64,000 nt of DNA from Eubacteriales bacterium. GTDB lineage: Bacteria > Bacillota > Clostridia > Oscillospirales > CAG-272. Under the pieces are notes generated by a model. That model was not told where the DNA came from. It searched no databases and was given only the letters and a program-made list of their open reading frames with translations. The translations under genes were made by a program, and so were the position numbers. Below, one piece after another: positions 20,052 to 28,803 of this stretch. Every line of letters starts with the position of its first letter. The first letter of the stretch is position 1. The stretch spans positions 1,586-65,585 of the forward strand of contig JAZOQA010000046.1 of assembly GCA_045655765.1 (NCBI GenBank), given 5' to 3'.

Positions 20052-21131
20052 ATGGAAAACAACGAACTCAATAAAAGAACCCCCGCCTCCGATATGACAG
20101 AGGAACTTATGGAGATTAGGGAAGAAAGCACCCGTGAGGAGGAGTCACTTGACAAGAACGTGCGTCTTATGTCTCCGACGAGAATGATAGTACGCCGCTT
20201 CTTCCGCTCAAAGCTCTCCATTATAGGTATTATAATGATAGCAAGCCTCTTTCTTCTTTGCTGGGTAGGACCGCTCGTCTATACAAATTGGTCCTCGTCG
20301 GACATAGACTCATCAAAGAAGACGGAATACAACTGCGTTGAGCAATCCTTCACCGATTCGGACGGAAAGACTCACACCTATATGCAGGTTGTTGAGACGA
20401 ACGTAGAGAACAAGCTTGGACCTATAAGCTCCTCTCACCCCCTCGGAACGGACGAGAACAAATACGACGTGCTTGCAAGGCTTATGTCAGGCGGCAGAAT
20501 TTCTCTTACAATCAGCTTTCTTGCCGTTTTTCTCATAACTATCATAGGGATCGTATTTGGCGGCTTGGCGGGCTATTTCGGCGGTCTTGTGGACAATATT
20601 ATAATGCGTCTTTGCGATATTCTGATGTGTCTGCCGGGCTTCCCTATCCTGCTTATCGTAGGAACGGTGCTTGACGCTGTCGGTGTTAATCTGCAGTACA
20701 AGATTTACTTCCTTATGGGCTTCTTGACCCTCATTTCGTGGGCAGGCACAGCAAGACTTGTGCGAGGACAGATACTCACTCTGCGTGAGCAGGAGTATAT
20801 GGTCGCAGCAGAGGCAATGGGCTACTCCACGGGAAGAAAGATATTCAAGCACCTTGTGCCCAACGTTATGCCCCAGCTTATAGTTTCAATGACGCTAAGC
20901 CTTGGAAGTATGATACTCTACGAGGCGTCCCTCTCGTTCCTCGGTCTTGGTGCGCCTGTTGAATACGCCGCTTGGGGTACTATGATCAACGCAGCAAAGG
21001 ATATGAATATTCTTTCCAACTACTTAAACCTCTGGGTACCGCCCGGAATATGCATCATCATTGCGGTCCTCGGCTTTAACTTCATCGGCGACGGCTTGCG
21101 TGATGCGCTTGACCCGAAGGCAAGGAGGTAA
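20052..21131 (+). CDS. ABC transporter permease (OppC/DppC-like) with an acidic N-terminal extension
   Basis: BPD-transporter core (EQEYMVAAEAMGYSTGRKIFKHLVPN) preceded by about 50 extra residues. Confidence 0.9.
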   Translation: MENNELNKRTPASDMTEELMEIREESTREEESLDKNVRLMSPTRMIVRRFFRSKLSIIGIIMIASLFLLCWVGPLVYTNWSSSDIDSSKKTEYNCVEQSFTDSDGKTHTYMQVVETNVENKLGPISSSHPLGTDENKYDVLARLMSGGRISLTISFLAVFLITIIGIVFGGLAGYFGGLVDNIIMRLCDILMCLPGFPILLIVGTVLDAVGVNLQYKIYFLMGFLTLISWAGTARLVRGQILTLREQEYMVAAEAMGYSTGRKIFKHLVPNVMPQLIVSMTLSLGSMILYEASLSFLGLGAPVEYAAWGTMINAAKDMNILSNYLNLWVPPGICIIIAVLGFNFIGDGLRDALDPKARR

Positions 21132-21136
21132 TTAAA

Positions 21137-22297
21137 ATGGCAGAAAAGAAAAAGAAAAATTACCTCTCAGGTAAGGAAATACGCAAAATCGCCAAGAAAA
21201 ACTCCAAAATTATGCGTACGCTTGAGAAGCAGAAATACAGAAAGGCTGACGAGAGCGAATTTACCGCAGAAATGAAGAATGGCGACAACATTCTCGAAAT
21301 TGAGGATTTGCACACCTATTTCTTCACCGAGCAGGGTATAGTAAAGGCTGTAAACGGAGTTTCCTTTGATATTCCGAAGAACGCAACCGTCGGTATTGTC
21401 GGCGAGTCGGGCTGCGGAAAATCAGTCACGAGTATGTCGGTTATGCGTCTTTTGCAGGGACCGACGGGTCAGATTTACTCAGGCTCCATTCGCTTCGCTG
21501 CGACGGAGGGAGAAAAAAACAAGGTCTACGACATTGCAAAAATGCCGATAAAGGAAATACACCGCATAAGAGGAAATCAGATTGCGATGATTTTCCAAGA
21601 GCCTATGACCTCACTGAACCCTGTGTTTACCATAGGAAATCAGCTTGATGAGGTCGTCCTCATTCATAAGAAGGGGGCAACCAAGGAAAGTGCACGGGCA
21701 CGCTCGCTTGAAATGCTGCGTCTTGTCGGCATTGCTATGCCTGAGCGTGTGTATAAGTCCTACCCCCACGAGCTTTCCGGCGGAATGAGACAGAGAGTTA
21801 TGATAGCTATGGCGCTTGCGTGCGACCCGAGGCTTATAATCGCCGACGAGCCGACAACGGCGCTGGACGTTACCATACAGGCACAGATACTCGACCTGCT
21901 CCGTGATTTGAAGACGAAGATGAACGGCTCTATAATGCTTATCACCCACGACCTCGGCATCATCGCAGAGATGGCAGACTACGTGGTTGTAATGTATGCA
22001 GGACGTGTAATTGAAAAGGGTACGGTGAGCGAGATTTTCCACAATCCCTGCCACCCTTACACGATAGGTCTTCAAAGGTCGAAGCCCACTATGGATTCGT
22101 CCGACGACAAGCTCTTTACAATTCCCGGAAACGTTCCCAACCCCATAAATATGCCGAAGCACTGCTACTTCAAGGAGCGTTGCTCCAAATGCATAGAAAA
22201 ATGCTCAGGCGAATATCCCGAGCTTATTCAAGTAAGCCCCACGCACTACGTTGCGTGCCATTTGTACGACAAGGAGGAAGAAAACGATGGACAATAA
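21137..22297 (+). CDS. ABC transporter ATP-binding protein (OppD-like) with a Lys-rich N-terminal extension
   Basis: Walker A GESGCGKS, signature LSGGMRQR, Walker B LIIADEPT, and the oligopeptide C-terminal Cys-rich tail. Confidence 0.9.
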   Translation: MAEKKKKNYLSGKEIRKIAKKNSKIMRTLEKQKYRKADESEFTAEMKNGDNILEIEDLHTYFFTEQGIVKAVNGVSFDIPKNATVGIVGESGCGKSVTSMSVMRLLQGPTGQIYSGSIRFAATEGEKNKVYDIAKMPIKEIHRIRGNQIAMIFQEPMTSLNPVFTIGNQLDEVVLIHKKGATKESARARSLEMLRLVGIAMPERVYKSYPHELSGGMRQRVMIAMALACDPRLIIADEPTTALDVTIQAQILDLLRDLKTKMNGSIMLITHDLGIIAEMADYVVVMYAGRVIEKGTVSEIFHNPCHPYTIGLQRSKPTMDSSDDKLFTIPGNVPNPINMPKHCYFKERCSKCIEKCSGEYPELIQVSPTHYVACHLYDKEEENDGQ

Positions 22298-23333
22298 AAT
22301 TAAGACTTTTTCTCCTATTGACCCCGAGGCGTACAAAAAGGAGCCGTTTGACAAGGAGGCACTGCTTGAGGTAAGACATCTTTATAAGACCTTCCCTATC
22401 AAGAAATCCCTCCTTGGGGCGGTTGAGCAGGAGCTTATAGCGGTAAATGACGTTTCATTTAAGCTGAAGCGCGGCGAAACGATAGGTATTGTCGGAGAGT
22501 CAGGCTGTGGAAAAACGACACTTGGAAGAACTATACTAAAGCTTCATCAGCCGACTGACGGTCAGATTATCTTCGACGGCGAGGACATTACAAATCTTCG
22601 TCCGTCGGGTATGCGTAAGCACAGAACGAATATGCAAATCATATTCCAGGACCCCTACTCCTCTCTCCCCCCGAGAAGCACAGTGGGCGGAATTCTCTCC
22701 GAGCCTGTAAAGGTTCACGGCATAGTTCCGAGGAGCGAGGTAAAGGACTACGTGCTTGATTTGATGGAAAAGTGCGGGCTTCGTGACTACTATTACGAGC
22801 GTTATCCCCACGAGTTCTCGGGCGGACAGCGTCAGCGTATATGTATTGCACGCGCACTCTCTGTCAATCCCAAGCTTGTAATCTGTGACGAGCCTGTTTC
22901 GGCACTCGACGTTTCTATTCAGGCACAAATCATCAACCTCTTGAAGGAGCTTCAGGAGTCGATGAACCTGACGTATCTTTTCATTTCTCACGACCTTTCG
23001 GTTGTCAAGTTCATTTCAGATAAGATTGGAGTAATGTACCTCGGCTCTATGATGGAGTTTGGCTCGAAAAAGGATATTTTTGAAAACCCGCTCCATCCAT
23101 ACACCAAGGCACTGTTCTCCGCTATTCCCAACCCCAACCCCGACGTAAAGATGAACAGAATCGTGCTTGCAGGAGACATTCCCTCACCTGCAAATCCGCC
23201 GAGCGGCTGTCGCTTCCACACACGCTGCCCTTATGCTACGGAAAGATGCCGCACAGAGGTTCCCGAGTACCGTGAATACGGTGAGGGGCACTTCGCTGCG
23301 TGCCATCTTTGCGAGGAGGAAAAGGCAAGATGA
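22287..23333 (+). CDS. ABC transporter ATP-binding protein (OppF-like)
   Basis: I place the start at the ATG at 22287, behind the RBS AAGGAGGA (the track start is 22251). Walker A GESGCGKT, signature FSGGQRQR, Walker B VICDEPVS. Confidence 0.9.
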   Translation: MDNKIKTFSPIDPEAYKKEPFDKEALLEVRHLYKTFPIKKSLLGAVEQELIAVNDVSFKLKRGETIGIVGESGCGKTTLGRTILKLHQPTDGQIIFDGEDITNLRPSGMRKHRTNMQIIFQDPYSSLPPRSTVGGILSEPVKVHGIVPRSEVKDYVLDLMEKCGLRDYYYERYPHEFSGGQRQRICIARALSVNPKLVICDEPVSALDVSIQAQIINLLKELQESMNLTYLFISHDLSVVKFISDKIGVMYLGSMMEFGSKKDIFENPLHPYTKALFSAIPNPNPDVKMNRIVLAGDIPSPANPPSGCRFHTRCPYATERCRTEVPEYREYGEGHFAACHLCEEEKAR

Positions 23334-23608
23334 GCAAAAAGGATAAGAAAAGCAAGCCCAAAATAACGTATATCGACGACGGAAGGTCTCTTACCGACTT
23401 GTCAGGAACAAAAAAAGGGTCAAAGGAGCGGGGCGAAAAGAAATCATACGAGCAAAAACGCACCCGATCAACAATGGGTGACAAGTGGAAGACGTACAAG
23501 CAGAGCGTGAAGATGATGTTCATTCCTATGCTTGTTACGATGGCAGGAATTTGTCTGATATTTCTTATTCTTTATATTGTTTTTTCAATTCCGGAATGGA
23601 TAGCATAA
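23330..23608 (+). CDS. Small Lys-rich protein with a single C-terminal TM helix (92 aa), translationally coupled to the OppF-like gene
   Basis: ATGA overlap with the OppF-like stop at 23330-23333. The hydrophobic stretch is FIPMLVTMAGICLIFLILYIVF. I recognise no family. Confidence 0.5.
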   Translation: MSKKDKKSKPKITYIDDGRSLTDLSGTKKGSKERGEKKSYEQKRTRSTMGDKWKTYKQSVKMMFIPMLVTMAGICLIFLILYIVFSIPEWIA

Positions 23609-23643
23609 AGATCACTTATTTTTTATAAACAAGGAATTAATAT

Positions 23644-24657
23644 ATGTTTGACTTTATACCAACAGAATATTTTCTTTTAGCATTTGGACTTATACTGCTT
23701 ATTAAAGGCGGAGATATGTTTGTCGATGCGGCATCATCCATCGCAAAGAGATTCAAGCTTCCCGAGCTTCTTGTCGGTGCTACAGTTGTGTCTATCGGCA
23801 CAACCCTCCCGGAGGTTATGACCTCCGCACTGGGAGCTGTCGGAGGCTCCGGCGAGATAGCGTACGGAAATGCAGTCGGTTCAATTATATGTAACACGGC
23901 TCTTATCGCTGCTATAACAGTGGCAATAAAGCCTTGTAAAACGAACAAAAAGACTCTTTTGTTCCCCGTTGCATTTTTCTTTGGTGCTGCCCTCTTTTAC
24001 GTTTTGACAGCTTATATCGGCGGCACGTTTACACGCTGGTCGGGCATCGTGCTTCTCGTTGGATTCATCTTCTATATGATAATGAACGTTGTCAATATGA
24101 AGAAAAACTCCACCGAAGAAGAGAACGAGGCTCTCCCAGAATGCGAAATAGCACAAGAGGGCAAAAGCAGCCTCGGTCTTGTTAAAGATATAGTGGTGCT
24201 CGTTTTGGGTGCTGTAATTATTGCACTCGGCGCATATCTTCTCGTTGAAAGTGCAACAGAAATAGCGGGGCAGCTCGGAATGCCAGAATCGGTAATAGGC
24301 TTGACGGTTGTAGCGATAGGAACCTCTCTTCCCGAGTTTGTAACGGCAATAACCTCGCTGATTAAGGGACACGGAGCCCTTTCGCTCGGAAACATCATCG
24401 GAGCGAATATCTTTAACCTCGTTCTCGTTTCCGGTGTAGCAGTTACGATAAGCCCGTTCCCCGTTCCCGAAAACTCTATGCTTTTCGGACAGAACGCATC
24501 GTTTGTGCTTGACCTTCCCGTAATGCTTGCGGTTATGGGACTTCTGACTCTTCCGACACTTTTACGTGGCAAGCTTTCAAGATGGCAGGGAATCGTACTT
24601 CTCGCCATATATGCAATCTTTATGTTTATGCAGTTCGTTTTTGTAAGAGCTGTCTGA
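23644..24657 (+). CDS. CaCA-family cation/Ca2+ antiporter (YrbG-like Na+/Ca2+ exchanger)
   Basis: Two alpha-repeat motifs: GATVVSIGTTLPE and GLTVVAIGTSLPEF. Confidence 0.85.
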   Translation: MFDFIPTEYFLLAFGLILLIKGGDMFVDAASSIAKRFKLPELLVGATVVSIGTTLPEVMTSALGAVGGSGEIAYGNAVGSIICNTALIAAITVAIKPCKTNKKTLLFPVAFFFGAALFYVLTAYIGGTFTRWSGIVLLVGFIFYMIMNVVNMKKNSTEEENEALPECEIAQEGKSSLGLVKDIVVLVLGAVIIALGAYLLVESATEIAGQLGMPESVIGLTVVAIGTSLPEFVTAITSLIKGHGALSLGNIIGANIFNLVLVSGVAVTISPFPVPENSMLFGQNASFVLDLPVMLAVMGLLTLPTLLRGKLSRWQGIVLLAIYAIFMFMQFVFVRAV

Positions 24658-24680
24658 TATTGCAACACTCACATAAATAC

Positions 24681-24714
24681 GTATCACCCGTGTTAAATTT
24701 AACACGGGTGATAC
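24681..24714 (+). terminator. Perfect 34-nt palindrome / terminator-like hairpin after the antiporter gene
   Basis: GTATCACCCGTGTTAAA|TTTAACACGGGTGATAC, followed by a U/A-rich tract. Confidence 0.5.
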
Positions 24715-24791
24715 TATTATATATCTAGATCGGCATCTTTTCACTATTACATAATCGACAATTTTCGCAAGAGAAAAGTGAAGAGGTAAAA

Positions 24792-24825
24792 TCGACAAGC
24801 TTCTTGCGGAGCTTGTCGGTTTTTA
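24792..24825 (+). terminator. Terminator hairpin, twin of the one at 25051-25086
   Basis: Stem CGACAAGC / GCTTGTCG followed by TTTTT. It shares the 15-mer AGCTTGTCGGTTTTT with 25070-25084. Confidence 0.55.
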
Positions 24826-24888
24826 TCTAAGGGCAATAAAAAAGATGTTTTCCACAGTTTTGGTATAGATTTGAACCCTTGCCCTAAT

Positions 24889-25049
24889 CACGACAAAGCC
24901 GTGTATATAATCCGTCGCAGACGGAATGGAATCAATGCATAGCATTGTATGGTATCAAGCCGCAGAGGATGCAACTTCGGTGATGCCATACGCCTGACGG
25001 CGATTCCATACACGCAGGGGCGTGATGCCATACCAAGCCTTCGGCTTGG
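24889..25049. repeat. Ladder of six GATnCCATAC-like 10-mers, three per strand in diverging orientation, each followed by its own short GC-rich hairpin. It could be a structured ncRNA or a set of protein-binding sites.
   Basis: Plus-strand copies start at 24982, 25002 and 25024. Minus-strand copies are the complements of 24947-24956, 24924-24933 and 24903-24912. Local hairpins lie at 24889-24903, 24912-24924, 24934-24946, 24992-25001, 25011-25024 and 25033-25049. Confidence 0.6.
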
Positions 25050-25050
25050 A

Positions 25051-25086
25051 TAAAAAACCGACAAGTCGAAGCTTGTCGGTTTTTTG
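25051..25086. terminator. Bidirectional terminator directly abutting the 3' end of tRNA-Arg
   Basis: AAAAAA, then CCGACAAG, loop TCGAAG, then CTTGTCGG, then TTTTTT. Confidence 0.65.
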
Positions 25087-25161
25087 GCCTGCCCGTGCGG
25101 ATTCGAACCGCAGACCTTCAGAGTCGGAGTCTGACGCGCTATCCAGCTGTGCCACGGGCAG
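25085..25161 (-). tRNA. tRNA-Arg (anticodon CCG), CCA encoded
   Basis: Folded by hand as a cloverleaf. Acceptor CTGCCCG/CGGGCAG, anticodon stem TCAGA/TCTGA with loop CTCCGAC, T-arm TGCGG-TTCGAAT-CCGCA, discriminator G plus CCA. 77 nt. Confidence 0.85.
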
Positions 25162-25171
25162 ATGCTATTAT

Positions 25172-25200
25172 ATTTTACCACTTCGGGGCGTAAATGTCAA
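25172..25200 (-). promoter_or_regulatory. Promoter of tRNA-Arg
   Basis: On the minus strand: TTGACA (25200-25195), 17-nt spacer, TAAAAT (25177-25172), 10 nt before the tRNA 5' end. Confidence 0.55.
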
Positions 25201-25272
25201 GGGGTGAATTTTGACGATTTTTACATAGTAACAGCGGCAATGATATAAAACACTGCCGCCGACAAAATAAAA

Positions 25273-27036
25273 TTATAGATAACGAAGCGGAGTTCCGTAC
25301 TCCTCTTCGTAAATTTCACGCCAGACTCGGGAATTTTCCTCCATAAGACGCTCCGCATTCTCTCTGTCGGAGAGGGTCGGGTCGGGATAAATCGGGGCTG
25401 ACACGTGTATAGTATATTCCTGCACAGGGTAGCCGTCGTTACCTATATGATTTGAATCCCTTTGGATTATAAAGCACGGCACGACGGGAACTTTGGCACG
25501 TGAGGCGAAGCGAAACGCTCCGGACTTCAGGGGCTTAGGCTTGCGGTAGTTCCACCACATACTCTGCTCAGGATATACGAGAACAAAGTTTCCCTCACGT
25601 AAAAGCTGCTCTGTCGCTGCGGAAAACTCACGCAGCACGCTTTTTGAAGAGGCGAGCGGAAGAGTATGAAAATGTCTCATAAGAAAGCCGTAAAATCCCG
25701 GAAACGAGGTGTAATTCCCCTCTCTTATTACTCTGTAAAGCCTCGGCTTTTTGTTGGAATTAAAGCCTGCTCTCTCATAAGCTACCTGCATAGCAAAGGA
25801 ATCAAAGGGATTGAAGTGGTTGCAGGTTATAACGGCACCCGTGTCGAGCTTTTGAAGATTTTCAACACCGATTACGTCCTTTATGATTATGTTTTTTTCT
25901 TTGATTTGCTTGTTTAAAAATCGCCTCGCAATAAAGTACGCATATCTTGCCTTGAAGCGTGCTTTGAGGCTTTTACGAAAAAAATCGACCTCGCCCTCCT
26001 TAATAGGGCGTGTGGGCGGATCCTCCTCGACGTCCTCGTCGAAGCGTCCCTCCCTTTCGAGCTTTTCTATTTTTCTTAAAGCCTCGGCACGGTCGCTTGC
26101 TCCTGCGGCACGCATTCTTGCAACGTAGGTATCCGGACGGTTTGATTCATCTCTGGCAAGGCTTGCAAGCCTTTTGAGCGATTCGGCATCACGCTCACGC
26201 TCTTGGTCCGTATAAGACTCAAGCTCGTGACGGATTTCGTCGTATACGGCGGTTTCTTTTGCGTATTTCCAAAAAATATCGCCAAGGCGGCAATCGGCAT
26301 AATGCCACGGCTTTGACACCATTATGTAATGTATAATTTTACATTCCTCGGGCGGGTACTCCATTGTGCCGAAAACCTCCATATTCCAATACTGAGGCAA
26401 AAACAGCACGTGGTCCTTGAACATAATATTGAGATAGTCCTCGTCCTGCGTCACACGGCAATCGTAAGTAGAAAGCAAGACACCGAAGCGATCAAGCATT
26501 TTATTTTCACGGAAAAGACGGCAATTTATCAAAAGGACGCCCGCATTGAAGTAAGCGTACCTGTCAAGACCTAAACACTTTTCAACGTAAGTGCCGTATA
26601 CGTCCTCTTGAACCATAGCCTGCTCACGGCAGCCTGCGGCATAGTAGTCCTCAATGTCCGTGTCGTAAAGCTCTGAGATGTCGCCTGTAACAACAGTATC
26701 GCTGTCTATATAAAGAGCCTTATCAATTTCGGGGTACATATCTGCGATAAAAAGGCGGTAATAGGTGCTTTTTGAATAATAATCCCTGATTGGGAGATTA
26801 GCCGTAAGCTGCTCAAGATATGGGGTGACGTTATCAAAGGTGATTCCAACCGAATCTGTCGCCAAATCCAGCACGGATCTTTGTGCCGTCTCGGAAATGT
26901 CGGTGTGAAGAACGTGTATTCTGTACTTTCTTGATTTTGACGAATTTTTTATAAGCGAATGGAGCGAAACCACCGTATAGCGGAGAAAACGCTCGTCGCA
27001 GGAATAAAAAATCTCAATGGGGTTCTTGTTTTGCAT
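25273..27036 (-). CDS. Fusion protein of an N-terminal GT8 glycosyltransferase, a charged coiled-coil-like linker and a C-terminal PlsC/LPLAT-family acyltransferase (587 aa)
   Basis: GT8 motifs are YIDSDTVV (DxD), NAGVLLIN, QDEDYLN and HYIMVSKPW. The acyltransferase motifs are CNHFNPFD (HX4D) and YPEQS. Confidence 0.8.
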   Translation of the reverse strand: MQNKNPIEIFYSCDERFLRYTVVSLHSLIKNSSKSRKYRIHVLHTDISETAQRSVLDLATDSVGITFDNVTPYLEQLTANLPIRDYYSKSTYYRLFIADMYPEIDKALYIDSDTVVTGDISELYDTDIEDYYAAGCREQAMVQEDVYGTYVEKCLGLDRYAYFNAGVLLINCRLFRENKMLDRFGVLLSTYDCRVTQDEDYLNIMFKDHVLFLPQYWNMEVFGTMEYPPEECKIIHYIMVSKPWHYADCRLGDIFWKYAKETAVYDEIRHELESYTDQERERDAESLKRLASLARDESNRPDTYVARMRAAGASDRAEALRKIEKLEREGRFDEDVEEDPPTRPIKEGEVDFFRKSLKARFKARYAYFIARRFLNKQIKEKNIIIKDVIGVENLQKLDTGAVITCNHFNPFDSFAMQVAYERAGFNSNKKPRLYRVIREGNYTSFPGFYGFLMRHFHTLPLASSKSVLREFSAATEQLLREGNFVLVYPEQSMWWNYRKPKPLKSGAFRFASRAKVPVVPCFIIQRDSNHIGNDGYPVQEYTIHVSAPIYPDPTLSDRENAERLMEENSRVWREIYEEEYGTPLRYL

Positions 27037-27070
27037 ATTTCAAGCTCCTTACTTCAGAAGATAAAAATCG

Positions 27071-27901
27071 TTAATTGGCGGAGTCCCTATTTGCCACAAG
27101 GCTAAGGTACTCGTCAAAAATATCGTCAAAGCAATGATAACCGAACACCTTGTGGACACGGTCAACCTGCCACTGCTTCACGTTGTCGGTATGGGGGTAC
27201 GGCAAATAGAACAGCCTTTTGGAAAAATGTCTGATCACAGTAGATTTAAAAAGGCACTTTTGCGCATTGAAGCGTTGGGGAAGCATTTTCTTTTTTACAG
27301 TTGAGCGAATCAGGGCACTCTGGTCGGCGAACACAAGCTTCTTCTTCCTCAAAATTTCTCTTGCCTTTACGAAAATGCCCGTCTCTTTCATCTTCTTCAT
27401 ATTAAAGAGCAGAACACCTGCGTTTATGTAATTCGGGTGAATCAGAAATCTGCCGTAATGGTCTCTTGCGGCGGCATATTCGACCTTTGATATATCAATA
27501 TCCCAAATGAGGCGAATATCACGGTTGAAAAGCACATCCGCATCGAGGTAAAGAATTTTGTCGGGCATCCCGTCAACAAGGTCTGCAAGAAGACGCACCA
27601 TTGTGTAAGGCGAGCAGTACGCACTCTCATTAGGACAGGCGTGAAGCTCACGGTGATATATATCGCTAACGTCAATGACCGTAAGCTCGTTTTTCGGATT
27701 GTAGGATTTTGCCACTCTCAAAAACAGCTCCGACTGCTCCTCTGTCAAGGGGGTATATACGGGCTTTATTTCGCTTGCGTCCATTGTCAAAATATAAAAA
27801 TGAAACGGCTCGTCCGTTGCAGTACGCTTGAAAATTGACAAAGCACAGGTGAGCATTCCGTCAAAAACGGCGTGGTTGCCGCAAAACATTACGTTAATCA
27901 T
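27071..27901 (-). CDS. GT8-family glycosyltransferase (276 aa)
   Basis: Motifs LYLDADVLF (DxD), NAGVLLFN and ADQSAL. Its start overlaps the upstream acyltransferase stop by 8 nt. Confidence 0.8.
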   Translation of the reverse strand: MINVMFCGNHAVFDGMLTCALSIFKRTATDEPFHFYILTMDASEIKPVYTPLTEEQSELFLRVAKSYNPKNELTVIDVSDIYHRELHACPNESAYCSPYTMVRLLADLVDGMPDKILYLDADVLFNRDIRLIWDIDISKVEYAAARDHYGRFLIHPNYINAGVLLFNMKKMKETGIFVKAREILRKKKLVFADQSALIRSTVKKKMLPQRFNAQKCLFKSTVIRHFSKRLFYLPYPHTDNVKQWQVDRVHKVFGYHCFDDIFDEYLSLVANRDSAN

Positions 27902-28724
27902 TTTTCAAATCACTTTCTTCGTCCTTTTTGTCGCTCGGTCTTTTTCGGTATTCTACCAGCACGGCATCGGAGAGACGTGAGCGTTCAAGCATTGCATCAA
28001 AAATCTCATCTCTGAGACTTCGGCGTGCGTCCTTTATGGAAAAATCGGTATTCGGGTAAAACGGACCGTCAACGTAGGTTACAATCTTAACTTTCTTTGG
28101 ATTTTTCCTCTTTAGGTAAACGTTTGTAAAGCAAAATACGGGGGTGTTCATCTTCACGGGGTAGGAAAAGGAGTCGTCACGAAACGGACGAATACCCGTA
28201 AAGTACGGCCATATATGCGCCTCCGGATAAATGAACACGCTCTTGCCCTCATTTATGCGGTCTTTGATAGTAGAGTTGAAATTTCTCGCCGCACAAAGGC
28301 TGTCAGGCAGAGGGAGTGCACCCATATAAGGTGTGATTCTGCCGAGCAGCGGCATAGACACGTTGTTCGGGTGAACTATTACGTAAGCCCATCTCGGACG
28401 GCTGATAAATGTAGGAATGAGAGCATCGGCGGTAGGTTGGGTATGGTTTCCGTATACAAATATACCCTGACGCTTTGCCAAGGCGAGCTTCTCACGTCCT
28501 ATAATTTTGTGGCGGAACTTTATTTTTAAATAGAGAGTAGCAAGCGGAACAGCCACAATTCTGTACCAGAAAAAGCAAACGAGTTTACCAAAGCCTCTGT
28601 CTCTTTTGTACTTGTACCTTTCATCTATTCTCCGAGGCGTTATGACGGCGGTGGAGAATTCATCGTTCATCTCGTCGTCGTAATATACCACCCTTGGAGA
28701 GTGGTTGTCATTTTTCTTTTTCAT
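27894..28724 (-). CDS. PlsC/LPLAT-family acyltransferase (276 aa from the ATG at 28724)
   Basis: Motifs YGNHTQPTAD and IYPEAH. I prefer the ATG at 28724, behind the RBS GAGGAA, over the track's TTG at 28751. Confidence 0.7.
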   Translation of the reverse strand: MKKKNDNHSPRVVYYDDEMNDEFSTAVITPRRIDERYKYKRDRGFGKLVCFFWYRIVAVPLATLYLKIKFRHKIIGREKLALAKRQGIFVYGNHTQPTADALIPTFISRPRWAYVIVHPNNVSMPLLGRITPYMGALPLPDSLCAARNFNSTIKDRINEGKSVFIYPEAHIWPYFTGIRPFRDDSFSYPVKMNTPVFCFTNVYLKRKNPKKVKIVTYVDGPFYPNTDFSIKDARRSLRDEIFDAMLERSRLSDAVLVEYRKRPSDKKDEESDLKND

Positions 28725-28803
28725 AAATTCGGTTCCTCGCCCTGGTGTCAAGCAATCTATTTTTAATAAGCAGTCTTAACGCCGACACTTGTCTTACGTG
28801 TAA

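Noticed and set aside
24860-25036. A closing helix TTGGTAT (24860-66) / ATACCAA (25030-36) that would enclose the whole repeat ladder as one RNA domain.
   Set aside because: It competes with the stronger local hairpin 25033-25049. It would also lie upstream of the only plausible extended -10 element (TGgTATAGA at 24861-69). I therefore did not count it as support.
24888-25207. Three track ORFs (97, 66 and 61 aa) overlap the tRNA-Arg gene and the repeat ladder.
   Set aside because: They read through a tRNA gene and terminator hairpins. The repetitive peptides (YGIT/YGIA) simply mirror the 10-mer DNA repeats.
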